DNA from: Octopus sinensis
Lineage: Eukaryota
Assembly: GCF_006345805.1 (NCBI RefSeq)
Contig: NC_043011.1
Coordinates: forward strand, 41,552,464 to 41,616,463
Direction of reading: 5' to 3'
DNA length: 64,000 nt
The translations under genes and the position numbers were made by a program. Below are positions 1-13,945 of the stretch, piece by piece (positions within the stretch are counted from its first letter, which is position 1; each line of letters starts with the position of its first letter). The notes beneath the pieces are model-generated. The model did no database searches and was not told where the DNA came from. It saw only the letters and a program-made list of their open reading frames with translations.

Positions 1-197
1 TATATATATAAATATAGACACACACCACACATGCATGCGTATATACACACGCAATGAGAGGCAATAAAGTACACCCACACATCCATCGAAGCACAGATGC
101 CTCACTACACCATAGAAGTATACAGGATATGTCTGTGTGTATATATATGTATATGTGTGTGTATATATATGTATATGTGTGTGTGTATATATGTATA

Positions 198-233
<36 letters not shown>

Positions 234-302
234 ATCTATATATATATATACATATATATATACATATATAACCACCTCGCACACATACATATGTAGACAG
301 AC

Positions 303-338
<36 letters not shown>

Positions 339-472
339 ATGGATGGATGGATGGAGAGGGAGTGCTAGATAGAAAGATAGAGACACGCATATAAAAGAGC
401 AATAGAGAGAGACTGCGATAGAAAGAAAGACAACAACAGATAGATATATAGATTTATGGACAGACACACAAG

Positions 473-515
<43 letters not shown>

Positions 516-749
516 CAGATAGAAGGAATTCCATTTACTTTTTACATCTACTTTCACTTTCTCTCTCTCTCTCATTCTCCCCAAATATCTTTTTCTCTAT
601 TTTCAGAACTCTTCTCTCTCTATCTGACTCTGACTCTCACTCGCACTCATCCTCTCTTCATCTCTCATCCTCCTCCTCTCGCCCAATTTCCCAGTCTACC
701 AACTCCACTATCATGCCTCTGTGTGTGTGAGAAAGAGAGAGAGAGAGCA

Positions 750-791
<42 letters not shown>

Positions 792-794
792 GCA

Positions 795-826
<32 letters not shown>

Positions 827-2449
827 CATGTGTGTGTTTTGCATAGTAGAAATGAATTATGTGTAAAGTAGTTTCCAAAATGGCTATACTAAATTCACTC
901 AACGTCTTAATTCGCCGAAAGGTGTGTCTAAGGGGGTGGGAGCGAGCGATATTGCGTGTGAGTGTGTGAATGTGTGTCTGTGAGAGAGTGTAAGAGACTG
1001 ATTGTGTAGCTATGAGTATATATATAAATATATATATGTATGTGTGTGTGTGTGTATGTATATATGTATATACATATATAGCATATAATATATATATAAA
1101 TACACATACATACATACACACACACACATATATATATATATGCATACATTCCACACAAAAGTATATAACCTATGTAGTGCACAAATATCATGTAGCGTAT
1201 GCATATATATTCCGTACATATAATTTCTGTGTATACATACAAGCATACATACATATTTCGTTTATATATATATTATATAGTGTACACTAACTAGATTTAC
1301 ATGCATAGATGCACACACACCACACATATATATATATACACACGCATATATGTATGTGATATATATGCATTGCATACATAATATGTATACATTATATAGG
1401 GTATATATTGGCGTTATGCATGGAATATATGTATAATATGTATGTATATATACATCTAGTACATGTGATTATGTATATATATACATATACATGAATATAC
1501 AATACACACACACATATATATATATATATACATGTATGTGTACATACATATATGTATATATACATATCTGTGTGTGTGTGTGTGTGTGAGATCTAAATAT
1601 ACACATTATACTTATGTAATATCTATATATATATATGCTGCATATATAATACACACACACATGTATAAATACATGTTATGATACATAATGCATCTGTTGA
1701 GGTCGACTTTCATCCTTTTGCGGGGTCGATAAATTAAGTACCAGTTGCGTACTGAGGTCGATCTAATCAACTGGCCCCCTCCCCCAAAATTTCGAGCCTT
1801 GTGCCTAGAGTAGAAAAGATTATATCTATATTATATATTACATATCTGTGTACATGTATAATATATATATATCTTATATGTGTAATATATTGTGTGAATT
1901 ATACATATGATATACCTTATGTATGTATAATATTTACTATACTGTTATATACACACAAAAGCTTCTGCTTAAAGGAAAACTTTTTAAACAATTCTAATAT
2001 ATTAAATTTATGTATTACATACATATACACACATACATACATAGATATACATGTGTATTATATACATTATATATAATATATGCAGTATATATTATAGTTA
2101 TTGCATGCATTATATATACAATTCAATTATGTAATATATACATACACACACACACACATACACATACACACACATATATATATATATAGAGAGGAAGAGA
2201 TTGAGAAAGAGAGAGAGCAACATTTTTTGTAAATGTATGGAAGTAAAATATATTTTTTTATAAAATATCATATGTAAAGAAACAATGGAATACATATTCT
2301 GGAATGAGCAGTTTATCATAGTCTTCCATATAAGTATCAGTATGTATATGTGTGTGTTTGTATGAGTGGATACACACACACACACACACATACACACATA
2401 TATGTACATATATCTATGTGTATGTGTGTTTATCTCTAAATCTCTCTCT

Positions 2450-2501
<52 letters not shown>

Positions 2502-2510
2502 TCTCACACA
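1..2510. repeat. Mixed microsatellite field: (TA)n, (CA)n/(TG)n, (GATA)n, (GA)n
   Basis: Directly visible dinucleotide and tetranucleotide runs. All ORFs here are YI/HT/CV/LS repeats. Confidence 0.95.
1697..1818 (+). mobile_element. tRNA-SINE family A, 3' half
   Basis: gaggtcgactttcatcc...gtcgataaattaagtaccag...gccttgtgcctagagtagaaaag, matching the family-A copies at 14595 and 29295. Confidence 0.85.
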
Positions 2511-2825
2511 CACACACGATATTTTTTAGAATAATAATCTCTGATTGAAACTGGGAAAATATCACAAGGAATTGGCACTGAAACTTTGAAACATGAAAAA
2601 AACAAAAAACTGACCATAAACTCAACTCTCCATCGTTTAACATGGAATTCCACCCAAAATTCACCTCAATGCCTCACTCCAAAAAAAAAAAAAAGAAAGA
2701 TTAAGAAACAAAATGAAAAGAAAGAATTTTGTTTTGTAGAGGAATAAATGTCTTTGAAAACCTTTTTCCCCCTTTTCTTTCTCTTTTTTTTTCTTGTTAT
2801 ATATAATAATATATATTATATATAT

Positions 2826-2873
<48 letters not shown>

Positions 2874-3296
2874 TTTTTCTTTCTTTTTTTTTTTTGCAAA
2901 ATCGCAATCCCTGGTTTTTAATACACAGGACTCTGAAGAAATTTTTTGAAAAAAAAAAATAAAAATAAGAATGAAAAAGTAAAAAAATATGTTAGAATAG
3001 ATGCCTCTTTGACACATCCTCGTGGACATTACCGAAATTTGTTAATATTTCCACTTTCAAATTGTAGTCATACACCAAAAGTATACCATACATACATACA
3101 TACATACCCCCACCACATATATATATGTCCATTTTCTCTACCCAGTATTTCTGTAAGGATTTTGGTGGGTAGTTCTCAGGCACCTCCTCTATATACTCTT
3201 ATGAGAAGCAACCGTCATCACATTTTCTGGTGGATTCTCAGGCGCAGTGAATTGACACCCCTAGGTCCCCCTGTAGCATTCAAATCATATGTCCGT

Positions 3297-3340
<44 letters not shown>

Positions 3341-3399
3341 AATATGACCTAAACACAAACAGTGAGGTAGTAAGGTAGCCAACATACCCACCCCCCAAG

Positions 3400-3592
3400 A
3401 GATCCGGTGATCTTGTGATTTAGCCCCATGTCAAACAACCCTATGACCAAAGCATTCCAGTTATGACCATCCCATCTTTTAAAGGACTACATCAAGCTAC
3501 ATTATCCAATATGATTTTTCTTCTCCCGAGGCGGTAGAATGAGACATGAGAGAGATTTGACTTCTATTTTTAGCCGGTCCAGTGACCGCATA
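3400..3592 (+). repeat. Interspersed repeat, family E (ccagccatgaccatccc...gagatttggctgctatttctagc)
   Basis: Homologous segments at about 11590-11750, 24225-24335, 47040-47235 and 49130-49170. Confidence 0.65.
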
Positions 3593-3829
3593 GCGGGTCC
3601 CGAGTTGGTTCGTTTCAGTTGTTGTTGTTATTGTAAGAGCAATCGTTGCAGCCACTGAGGTGGTGTTTTGCAGAGCAGCATTATCAGCTGAGTGCATCGT
3701 ATGGTTATTGTTGTTGTTGTTGTTGTTGCTGCTGTGTACATCTTGGTTCATTCAGTAAATTTATATGATCTTTTCGTTTCGGTGTGGACGCGGTTCGTTT
3801 CGTTTTGTGAAATGCATCAGAGTGTGAAA

Positions 3830-4129
3830 TGTATGAGGAGAAGAGTGAGGGTGAGAGAAATACAAGGGGAAATAGAGAGAGGAGAAAAGAGAGAGAGAGA
3901 GAGAAGAGAGTAAAAATATGAGATGTAGAGATGAGAGAAAGGTAGAGAGGAAGAGAAAGAATGATGAGCATAGAAAGATAGCGAGAGGGAGATAATGAGG
4001 AAGAAAGAGAGAAAGATGGAGGAGGAGGTGAGAGTTAAGATGAAAACTAGAGTGCGAGGGAGAGGAGAAGAAAAAGGCTGAAAAAAGAAAATATTAGAAA
4101 GTAATGAATGAGAAATAGAGGTAAAGAGG

Positions 4130-4169
<40 letters not shown>

Positions 4170-5045
4170 GAGGAAGAAAAGAAGTGAAAGAAATAGAAAA
4201 TAAATGATAGGTAAAAAGGAAAATATAGAAAGGTAAAAACAAAGTAGAGAGAGAGAGAGAAAAGAGAGAGATACAGAGAAACAGAGGGAAAAGAAATATC
4301 GAATGAAATGAAACAGAAAGAGAATTAGGTAAAGGAATTGAAGAAATGGTAAAATGGAGAGAAGTTTATGACAGAAGTATAATGAAGGAGAGAGAGAAAG
4401 GGAAAGCTAGAAAAAGAGGGTGTGATGTGTGTGAGAGAGAGAGAGGGGGGGGGAAGAAGCGAGGGGGGAAGAAGAGAGAGGTAGAAGAGAAAGGTTAAGT
4501 TACAAAGAGAGGGTGTGAAATGTGTGTTAGAGAGAAAGAGAGAAAAGAGACGTCAGTGAGAAAGGTGAGCTGGACATAGAGAGTGTGAAATGAGAGATAG
4601 AGAGAGGGAGAGAGTGAGAAATACAAGAGGAAGGGAAAGCTAGGAAGATAAGATGTGACGTGAGAGAGTGAGAGAAGAGTAAAGTGTAAGAGAGAGGGTA
4701 AATGAAAAAAGAAAGAGGGTGAAATGAGAGATAGAGAGAGGGAGAGAGTGAGAAATACAAGAGGAAGGGAAAGCTAGGAAGATAAGATGTGACGTGAGAG
4801 AGTGAGAGAGTGAGAGAAGAGTAAAGTATAAGAGAAAGGGTAAATGAAAAAAGAAAGAGGGTGAGATGAGAGCGGGGAAAGAGAGATACAAGAGAGGAAG
4901 GGTGATTAGAAAGTGTATAGGACAGAAAAGGAGGTGGTAGAGATATGGAGTGAAAGGAAGAGAGATATAGAGAGTAAGAGACGGGGGAAGAGTAAGGAGA
5001 AAAGGGGCGAGCGTGAGTGAAAGAAAGAGAAAGACAAAAAGAATG
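3830..5045. repeat. Long polypurine (GA-rich) tract containing a ~134-142 bp tandem duplication (4585-4868)
   Basis: gtgaaatgagagatagagagaggg... recurs at 4585, 4719 and (variant) 4861. Confidence 0.9.
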
Positions 5046-5707
5046 GGTGAGATTTGTCTTACCTGGCACAGGTGAGATGGGTTGGAGAGAACCACGACGA
5101 CGACGACGATCACCACCACCACCATCACCACTACTACTACTATCACTATATACTACGACGACAGCAACAACAACAACAACTTCAGAAGCAGCAGTTGACG
5201 GTGGTGCCGCAAAATTGAGCAAAGAAAAATCGGGGGGGAACAGAAGAACAAGAAGAGCAAAGAAAGTCAATTAAAAATTATGGCGGAATATTAACAAAAT
5301 TGCCTTAATATTGTGACTAATTAACCAATATATGTGTGATAGAGAGAAGGACTGTTATTCAGTGATGTACATTAACCAGTGCGCCAACCACCTACAATAA
5401 TTAAATAATAATAATAATAATAACAATCCTAATTATTACTACTACTGCTGATAACGATGATGATAATGATGATGAAGGCAAAAAGGATATAGTGTTTTTA
5501 TTTATTTATTTATTTGTTTTCTTGAGTTTGTGTCAACTTTTTCACACAAAACAGGTGGATATACACACATTGTACACACATACACACATATATATATATC
5601 TACATATTATATGTGTTGGCTACTGTATCCCCTTCCGAACTGGAGAAATATTACACGAATCAGGTAAGAAGAAACTTTATATACACTTGGAACAGTATAT
5701 ATATAAT

Positions 5708-5739
<32 letters not shown>

Positions 5740-5792
5740 CATATATATGTATATACAAGATAAGAAAATGGAAAAATACAAGATCCAATTTG

Positions 5793-5850
<58 letters not shown>

Positions 5851-6509
5851 CATGCATGTCTATCTATCTATCTATCTATCCATCCACATGTATATATGTG
5901 TGTTTGTGTATATAAATATATACTCATGCATGTAATGGATGTCTGTATGACTGAGTGTATATGTGTGTATTCTGTTTATATTGACATTTTGTTATATACA
6001 TACATTCATGTGTGTATAGCTATCTAGAGAAGTATATATATAACCCCATTTGTGTGTGCCTGTGTGTTATACATACTCATACATGCATATAATGTCTCTG
6101 TATCCACATTTATGTAATGTATGCGTGAGAGAGTGTATATGTGTGTTTTCTGTTTATATTGACATTCTGTTAATGTGTTATGTATATACACACACTATCA
6201 CATATCTAGTAGTAGTCATATTGGAAGCAATAATGCTGGTGGTCATGGCAATAATAATGATAATTATCATTATGTAACAATCCTTTTGCCACAAGGAGGC
6301 AATGAACACAAACATTACAATACTTTCTTACAAAATAATATATCTACTAAGGCCATATATACACATCACACTAGTAATTAACTTGTGTGTGTATATATAT
6401 TTATATACACACACACACACACACATCCCATGATAGATACATATGTGTGTGAATGTGTAAATTTATAATTTTTGTTGGATATGTGTTGTAGGATTTGTGG
6501 AATTTATAC

Positions 6510-6550
<41 letters not shown>

Positions 6551-6663
6551 GACATGTATATAAATGTGTGTGTGTACTGTATTGTATGGTGGATGTAAGG
6601 GCAAACATTTGTAGGAGGGTGAGAGGATCAAGAGAATGTGTGTCATTCATGCCTTTCCTACAG

Positions 6664-6716
6664 ACATCAACCAGATGACTGACATCAATCGTCTTGTAAA
6701 GGTGTTTAAGTTGTAG
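6664..6716 (+). CDS. Weak candidate terminal coding exon (xINQMTDINRLVKVFKL*)
   Basis: Acceptor atgcctttcctacag| at 6663, open phase-1 frame to TAG at 6714-6716, non-repetitive downstream sequence with AATAAA at about 7147. No homology recognised. Confidence 0.25.
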
Positions 6717-7339
6717 GAGATTGGAATGGACCCCAGAGTATGACAGGTATCACAGCTATGCGCTTTAGCAATTCCCGCCAGAATAAGGTTACTTTCGGCA
6801 GTGTTTACAACGAAGCAAGTACTTGCCTTGTATTTTTATTATTGTGTCAGACCCTGGTAGACCCTGAGCGAGCAGACTTATGCCCAGAAGGCAGCCCACC
6901 CGTGACCATCTCGTCTTTTCATACCATATATCTTGAACAACTTTACTTAATGTCTTTATTATAAAGACAGCAAGGTGTGTAGTTATTTGAGGAAGATTCT
7001 ATTCCCCTGTTCTGTCTAGCAGATTGATCGATCACGTAAATGCCGCTCCTTGGTTGTTAAAGTGACAATCATCCATTCCCGGGGGATGTGTGTTTAGCAA
7101 GGTACGTGTGAAGTGAAACCATTTTCAAATAACGTTTGATATTAATAATAAAAATTTCTGCTACAAACATCAAAACCACGGTTTTTCTGGGTTGACGTTG
7201 GTGGTGTGGGTGTTGGCACAATTAAGTAATAATTAATTATTAATAATTATAATTACGCGTATTTGTATTAACATGTGTTATGCGTTAGTACTACTGTCCT
7301 TAAAATTGTAGTAGACAGTATTACCGAGTTCTTGGATGT

Positions 7340-7354
7340 GTGTGTGTTTGAATG

Positions 7355-7387
<33 letters not shown>

Positions 7388-10200
7388 TTCTGTATTGAAA
7401 ACATTATTATTAAAAGAAACCTTTAATTAATAAAACTTGATAAGAAGACCTAATTAAGTGAATAATACATATACATAAATATACACACACACACGTGTGT
7501 GTGTGTGTAACAACTGACGTATGTGTGTATACGTGCATTTGTAGTTATGCGTATAATACAGGTGTATTAGTGAGTTTAATTAAAAGGCAAATGTGTTTGT
7601 CAGTGTATGTGAAAAATTTGAATGTTGTCATGTGTGTGTATGTATGTGAGAGAGTTTTGAATGTTGTCTTATAGCGTATGTGTGAAAATCGATGTTGTTC
7701 TGTGTATGTATGCGTGTGATAAGAGATTTAAATGTCTTGGGGTGTGTGGATATTTGAAAGGTTTGTCAGTTTTCTGAATACGTCTATGATGTGTACGTGT
7801 ATACGTTGGGTCTAAATGTGTGGGTGGGTGTCTTCCTGGTCTTAAACGGATATAATGCGGGTGATTAAAATCTCAACGACATAAAAATATTACTGAAAAT
7901 TCAGAAGATATCCGGGTACACTGAACAATTGATAACGTTAATTTATACCTAACGGTGTGTGTATGTATGCATGTATGTATGTATCTATACACACACACAC
8001 ACACACTGACACATTTACACACATACACCCAGTGTCTTGTGAGGTGTAGTCTTGTCTCCGTCCGAGGGTGTGGTGGTACCTATGCAGTACCAATTCGAGC
8101 CACTTCCAGCCATATATATATACCCTCGTAATATATTATATATACATCTACCACGGGGCTCATCGCTATTTAAATTTTAAAATTATAATAAACTAGAGAA
8201 CACACGTTTTTATATTAAAAATGGTATGTATAGGTGTGTGTGTGTGTGCGTATATATATATATATATATAGTCTACGGTATTCAGTGAGATTCTTTGAGG
8301 AGTACTAGCAATACAGCCAGGGTGTCCAGACGTGCCCTCCACATCAGAGTGGATGTGTGTAATGTTAATAGGATGTGTGTATATGTTTGTAATGTGAGCA
8401 AAAGGTGATTGTATGCGTGTGCAATGTAAACAAGGTGTGTATATGTGCACGAATACATGATATAAGGCTTGAATTGTAAGCAAGAGCTGTGTATATATGT
8501 GTGTGTATATATGTGTACAATGAAAGTAGGTGTTTGTTAAATCTGCAATGGATGCTAGTGTGTGTGTGTGTGTGTGTGTGTGTAAGTTGTATATGCATGT
8601 GTGTGCAATGTAAACAAGTTGTATAGATATGTATATGTAGTGTAAGCAAAATGTATGTGTATATATGTGTGTGTATGTATTGTAAGCTAACTGTATGCGT
8701 GATGTAAATAAGTGTGTGTATGTATGTGCAATGTGACGAGGTTGTATATATGTATATGTGGGTGTAATTTATATATGCAACATAAGTATGTAGATTCTCC
8801 ACAATATTAGTTTGTAATGAATTAAACAAAAGCCCGAGGGGAGGGGCAATGTCCTTGACCTTGGCAGACTTTCCCAGACGAGTGAAACGAAGACAGTTGA
8901 GGTTTTAAGTTTAAAATATCTTAAGGTTGATGTCTGGAGGGGTGGGCATATACGGTTTGTTAGGAGAGAATGATGGTTTTACGGGAGTGCAACTGTGTAT
9001 TTCAGAGTGCGCGGGTATATATCGTGTGTGTGTGTGTTGTGTGTGTGTAGTCAACATTAAGTATATGTATTTATGGGTGTGTGATGCAAACAGTACGTGT
9101 GTGTGGGTATGTGTACCGCAGGCAGTGTGTGTGTGTGTGTGTGTACGTGCGCGCGCATTCATATACATATATACGCACCTGTGTTTGTATTTTAGTACGT
9201 ATGAATGAATGACTATATGTATTAATGTACACATGTATGTGAGTAAAATGTATACGTGTGTGTTTATGTTGTGTAAACTACGTGTGCATATGTGTATGAG
9301 ATGTAAACAGTGTGTGTATGTAATTTATATAGGTGTGTGTTGTGTCAGCAGACCCGTGTGTGTATGTATGTATGTAGGTTTGTAACGTAAACAAGACGAT
9401 GTGTGTATATATGCGAAATGACAACAAGGTTATGTGTATATAAATGTGTACACTGTAAGTAACACGGTATGTGTATATTTGGGTAAGGCAAGCAAAACGG
9501 TGTGTATAGGGTATAATGTCTGGAAGACAGTGATTTTGATGCGTCTATGTGTACACGTAACCTTAAGGCAAGGTGTGTATATCATGTATAATATCTGCAT
9601 ATAGTGTGTGTGTGTATAATGGCAGTTGTGTATATGTATATAATGACGATAATATCTTCGTGTGAAAATGTGTATATGTGTGTGTCAGTGTATATATATA
9701 TTGGTGTATGTACGTGTGTACATTCTTCGCAAGACGTGTGTGTGTGTGTGTATATGTAAGAAGTATGCGTGTACATGGATATATGTACGTAGGAGTCTGT
9801 GTTTGTGTGTGTGTGTGTGTGTATAAATGTATGTACATACACGCACATTGTATGTTTATATGTGTGTTATGAATATTTGTATTGTATGTATGCATGTGTT
9901 CACGTGTGTTAAATGTATTTCGTTTAATCTGCAAGTCTTCGAAGAAATTCGTGACATATATAAAACACGCACACACATTTACATATAACACACACACACG
10001 CATATCTACATATAACACACATACACATTCATTGTGCTTGAAGTCCAAGTTGTGTATACAAAATCCACCGTTTTCAAAAGGTTTCTACAGCATGCTCACA
10101 CACGCCTACCATTCAACACTCCACACATACACACACACACACACATGCATACATATATTCTCACACATACACACACACACATCAATGATAGTAATGCGTG
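7340..10200. repeat. Degenerate (TG/TA)n low-complexity field with short unique islands
   Basis: tgtgta/tatgtg mosaics interrupted by unique islands at about 8030-8170, 8270-8350 and 8820-9010. Confidence 0.85.
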
Positions 10201-10209
10201 TTTGTCATG

Positions 10210-10324
10210 CTATGCTGTTGGGCCATCTCCTCCTCCTCCTCCCCCATCTGCCCCGCCCCCTTCTCCAACGGTTGTTATGTTGAGGTCAAGTCCACAATAG
10301 ACACATGTTAGATTGTTTAGAATA
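10210..10324 (-). CDS. Weak candidate terminal exon (xILNNLTCVYCGLDLNITTVGEGGGADGGGGGGDGPTA*)
   Basis: Minus-strand acceptor ttctttccccccaatgtctccacag|. Only one frame stays open to TAG. No homology recognised. Confidence 0.2.
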
Positions 10325-10763
10325 CTGTGGAGACATTGGGGGGAAAGAACGGCTGTATAACACACACTAATATACATGCATATAAATGTATATATATGTA
10401 CATGTATACGCACACACTGTGTGTATGAGATACATGTTGAGAACGTGTCCAGGGAGCAGTATATAATTGTGTGTGTGTTATGTAAAATGTCTTGCACGAC
10501 TCTCGATCCCTTATTCATTTTAGTAACTTTCTGCTGATTAAAAGAAATATGAAAAAAACAAGCAAAAAAAAAAAAAAAAGACAAAAAAACATGCACGCTT
10601 GTATTGAGTAGATATTTTTCCTGTTTGCTCTACCAAACTCGTTAATGTATATGCGTGTATATATTTACAAAGATGTGTGGGGATGTGTGTATATCGACTT
10701 TCCAACCACTTGATTACTCGTATCGCAATGCCTCTGCAAAATATATATATATATATATATATA

Positions 10764-10790
10764 TGGCATATCTACAGATTCCGACCGACT

Positions 10791-10849
<59 letters not shown>

Positions 10850-11099
10850 ACAGATCCCCCACCGACTTTGGCTGATCATAACTTTCAGAGAAATGGATAT
10901 TTTTTAATGAAATTTTCTACGAATATGTGTTATATCATTTAGATTCTGAATATACAAAACTTATGGGGGGGAATCTGTATTTGTATATTCGGAATCTACT
11001 TGATATAACACATATTCGTAGAAAATTTCATAAAAAAATATCCATTTTTCTTAAAGTTATTATCATCCGAAGTCGGTGGTAGGGCAGGAATCTGTAGTT

Positions 11100-11105
<6 letters not shown>
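10764..11105. mobile_element. Palindromic MITE embedded in (TA)n, Tc1/mariner-like insertion context
   Basis: Outer TIR tggcatatctacagattcc / ggaatctgtagttatgcca. Inner arms about 10849-10937 vs 11001-11096, e.g. ttttctacgaatatgtgttatatca / tgatataacacatattcgtagaaaa. Confidence 0.8.
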
Positions 11106-11166
<61 letters not shown>

Positions 11167-11829
11167 GGACACACACACAAAGGCATTCAGAGAAATGTAT
11201 GTATATCTGTCTGTCTATAGATATAGTTAGGACGTGTCTATAAGTTGAAGGACAGCCCATGCTGACCTACAAGAAATATCGAAAGAAACTTTACTTTTCG
11301 CTAAACTCCTGTATTTGACCTAATTGCCATTTCAAAAGGAAGCCCCTTTTCACGTAATTACGCGCAGTTTTTAATTAGTTTTCCTTAATAAATGATACTG
11401 TGGTAACTTTAACTCTTAATTTACCGATCTGGGTAAGAATGTACCCAGTAATTAGTTACTTTTTCAAAAATTAAAGTTATCAAAATGACATGTAACAGGT
11501 GAGATTTTGCAACTTGTCACTCAGACTATCGTGCTGTTTCTTTAATCATTATGCTTTACTCTTGATGTGGTGGTTGCTGTGCTCTGGTCAGTCCAATTAG
11601 AGCAGGTGTGATGTTGAAAGACATCCCAGCCATGACCATCCAGTTGTTTTTAAATGTACACTATCCAGGACCAAGTTACCGAATCCGTCCTTCCTTTTGT
11701 TTTATCAAGAGTAAATTTGGCTGCTATTTCTAGCATGTCCAGCAACCAGATAAAGGCACACATTGGTACAGGCTCAAAGTCAGATCTAACTATACACACA
11801 CATATCTATATATATATGTATACATATAT

Positions 11830-12162
11830 ATGTGTGTATGTATATATATTATGTCTGTATGTATATTTATATTGTATTATATATATGTGTATATATTATA
11901 TATATATATATATTGTATTATGTATATATATATATTGTATTATGTATATATATATATTGTATTATGTATATATATATATTGTATTATGTATATATATATA
12001 TATATTGTATTATGTATATGTATTTATATATTGTATTATGTATATGTATTTATATATTATGTTATGTATGTATATATATATTGTATTATGTATGTATGTA
12101 TATACATATTGTATTATGTATGTATGTACGTATGTATATACATTTGTATTATGTATGTATAT

Positions 12163-12196
<34 letters not shown>

Positions 12197-12353
12197 TGTA
12201 TTATGTATGTATATTATATATCTATATATATCTATATATATATATTGTATTATGTATGATATATATATATATATTGTATTATGTATGTATATATATATAT
12301 ATTGTATTAATGTATGTATATTATATATATTATGTATTATGTATGTATGTATG

Positions 12354-12408
<55 letters not shown>

Positions 12409-13162
12409 ATTATGTATGTATATATATATATATATATATATATGTATTATTATGTATCTATATATATATATATGTATTAGTATGTCTATATATATATATA
12501 TCTTGTATTATGTATGTATATATATATTATATATTGTATTATGTATGTATATATATATATATATATATTGTATTATGTATGTATATATATATATATATAT
12601 ATATTGTATTATGTATGTATATATATATATATATATATTGTATTATGTATGTATGTATATATATTATATATATATATATATTATATTGTATTATGTATGT
12701 ATGTATATCATATATTGTATTATGTATGTATGTATATATATATATATATGGATTATGTATGTATGTATAATAATATATATTGTATATGTATGTATGTATA
12801 TATATATATATATTGTATTATGTATGTATGTATATATATCTATATTTGTTTATGTATGTAGTATATATATATATATATTGTATTATGTATGTATGTATTA
12901 ATATATATATGTATTATGTATGTATGTATATATATATATATATTGTATTATGTAGTATGTTATATATATATATATATATTGTATTATGTATGTATGTATA
13001 TATATATATATATTGTATTATGTATGTGTATATATATATATATGGTATTATGTATGTGTATATATAATATATAATTGTATTATGTATGTAATGTATATAT
13101 ATATATATTATTATGTATGTATGTGTATATATATAATAATATATATATGTATTATGTATGTA
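11830..13162. repeat. Minisatellite with unit ATTGTATTATGTATG(TA)n, roughly 40-50 units by eye
   Basis: Fixed core ttgtattatgta separated by variable TA runs. The array resumes at 13851-13930. Confidence 0.95.
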
Positions 13163-13164
13163 TT

Positions 13165-13470
13165 TCCCCACTGGTTGCTCCCCTATATTACCCGCCTCAA
13201 CTGGACCCCCCCTCTCCCCAACTCAACTCTCGAATATCTGTATTCTTTCCTCTACCTAATAACGTTACTCAGTGACGATAACGAATGTCTTTATTTCTTA
13301 GGAACCTACACCAACCCTTCCTGCCATCGTTCCTCCTTACCCCAACCTTCCCCCTGGTTGCCCTCCTATATTACCGCCTACGCCTCAACTGGACCTCCCC
13401 CTCCCCAACTCAACTCTAGAATATCTGTATTCTTTCCTCTACCTAATTACGTTACTCAGTGATGATAAAT
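13165..13470. repeat. C/T-rich tandem duplication (~185 bp period), followed by a short 19-bp triplication at 13539-13580
   Basis: cctcaactggacc...caactcaactc..gaatatctgtattctttcctctacctaat..cgttactcagtga occurs twice. aagtaccc(c/t)ggatcccca is repeated. Confidence 0.85.
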
Positions 13471-13589
13471 GCTGTGACTACAAGACCCGGGCTGCTTTCT
13501 GCAGCAATTCCACATACCCCCTACTCATTCTAAGTACCCCGGATCCCCAAAGTACCCTGGATCCCCAAAGTACCCCTGGACCTCGTTGC

Positions 13590-13851
13590 CCATGTGCCGC
13601 TGACACTTAAAATGCTCGAACCGATCGTGACGATGCCGGACCCTCCGGCCCCTGTGCAGGTGGCACGTAAAAAGCACCCAATCCACACTCACGGAGTGGT
13701 TGGCGTTAGGAAGGGCATCCAGCCGTAGAAACTCTGCCAGATTCAGACTGGAGCCTGGTGCGGCCCCTGGCTTCCCAGACCCGGTCAAACCGTCCAACCC
13801 GTGCTAGCGCGGAAAGCGGACGTTAAACGATGATGATGATGATGATGATGA
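13590..13851 (+). mobile_element. RTE-type LINE 3' end (family D) with (GAT)n tail
   Basis: ggttggcgttaggaagggcatccagccgtagaaac...ggaaagcggacgttaaacgatgatgat. Same family as the 21345-21915 copy, which retains an RTE ORF end. Confidence 0.8.
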
Positions 13852-13911
13852 TATTGTATTATGTATGTATGTATATATATATATATATATATATATTGTA
13901 TTATGTATGTG

Positions 13912-13945
<34 letters not shown>

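Noticed and set aside
3497-3751. 84-aa - strand ORF with a convincing-looking C-terminus (…SHSTASGEEKSYWIM*)
   Set aside because: Its last ~30 codons are the antisense of interspersed repeat family E (gagatttg.ct.ctattt.tagc.ggtc..g.gacc, also at about 11715 and 47195), and the N-terminal half is (AAC)n.
11654-13171. Long ORFs of 100-216 aa (YI/CM/VY repeats)
   Set aside because: Stop-free only because they translate the TA-rich minisatellite. The same applies to the other YI/HT/LS/CV ORFs across the window.
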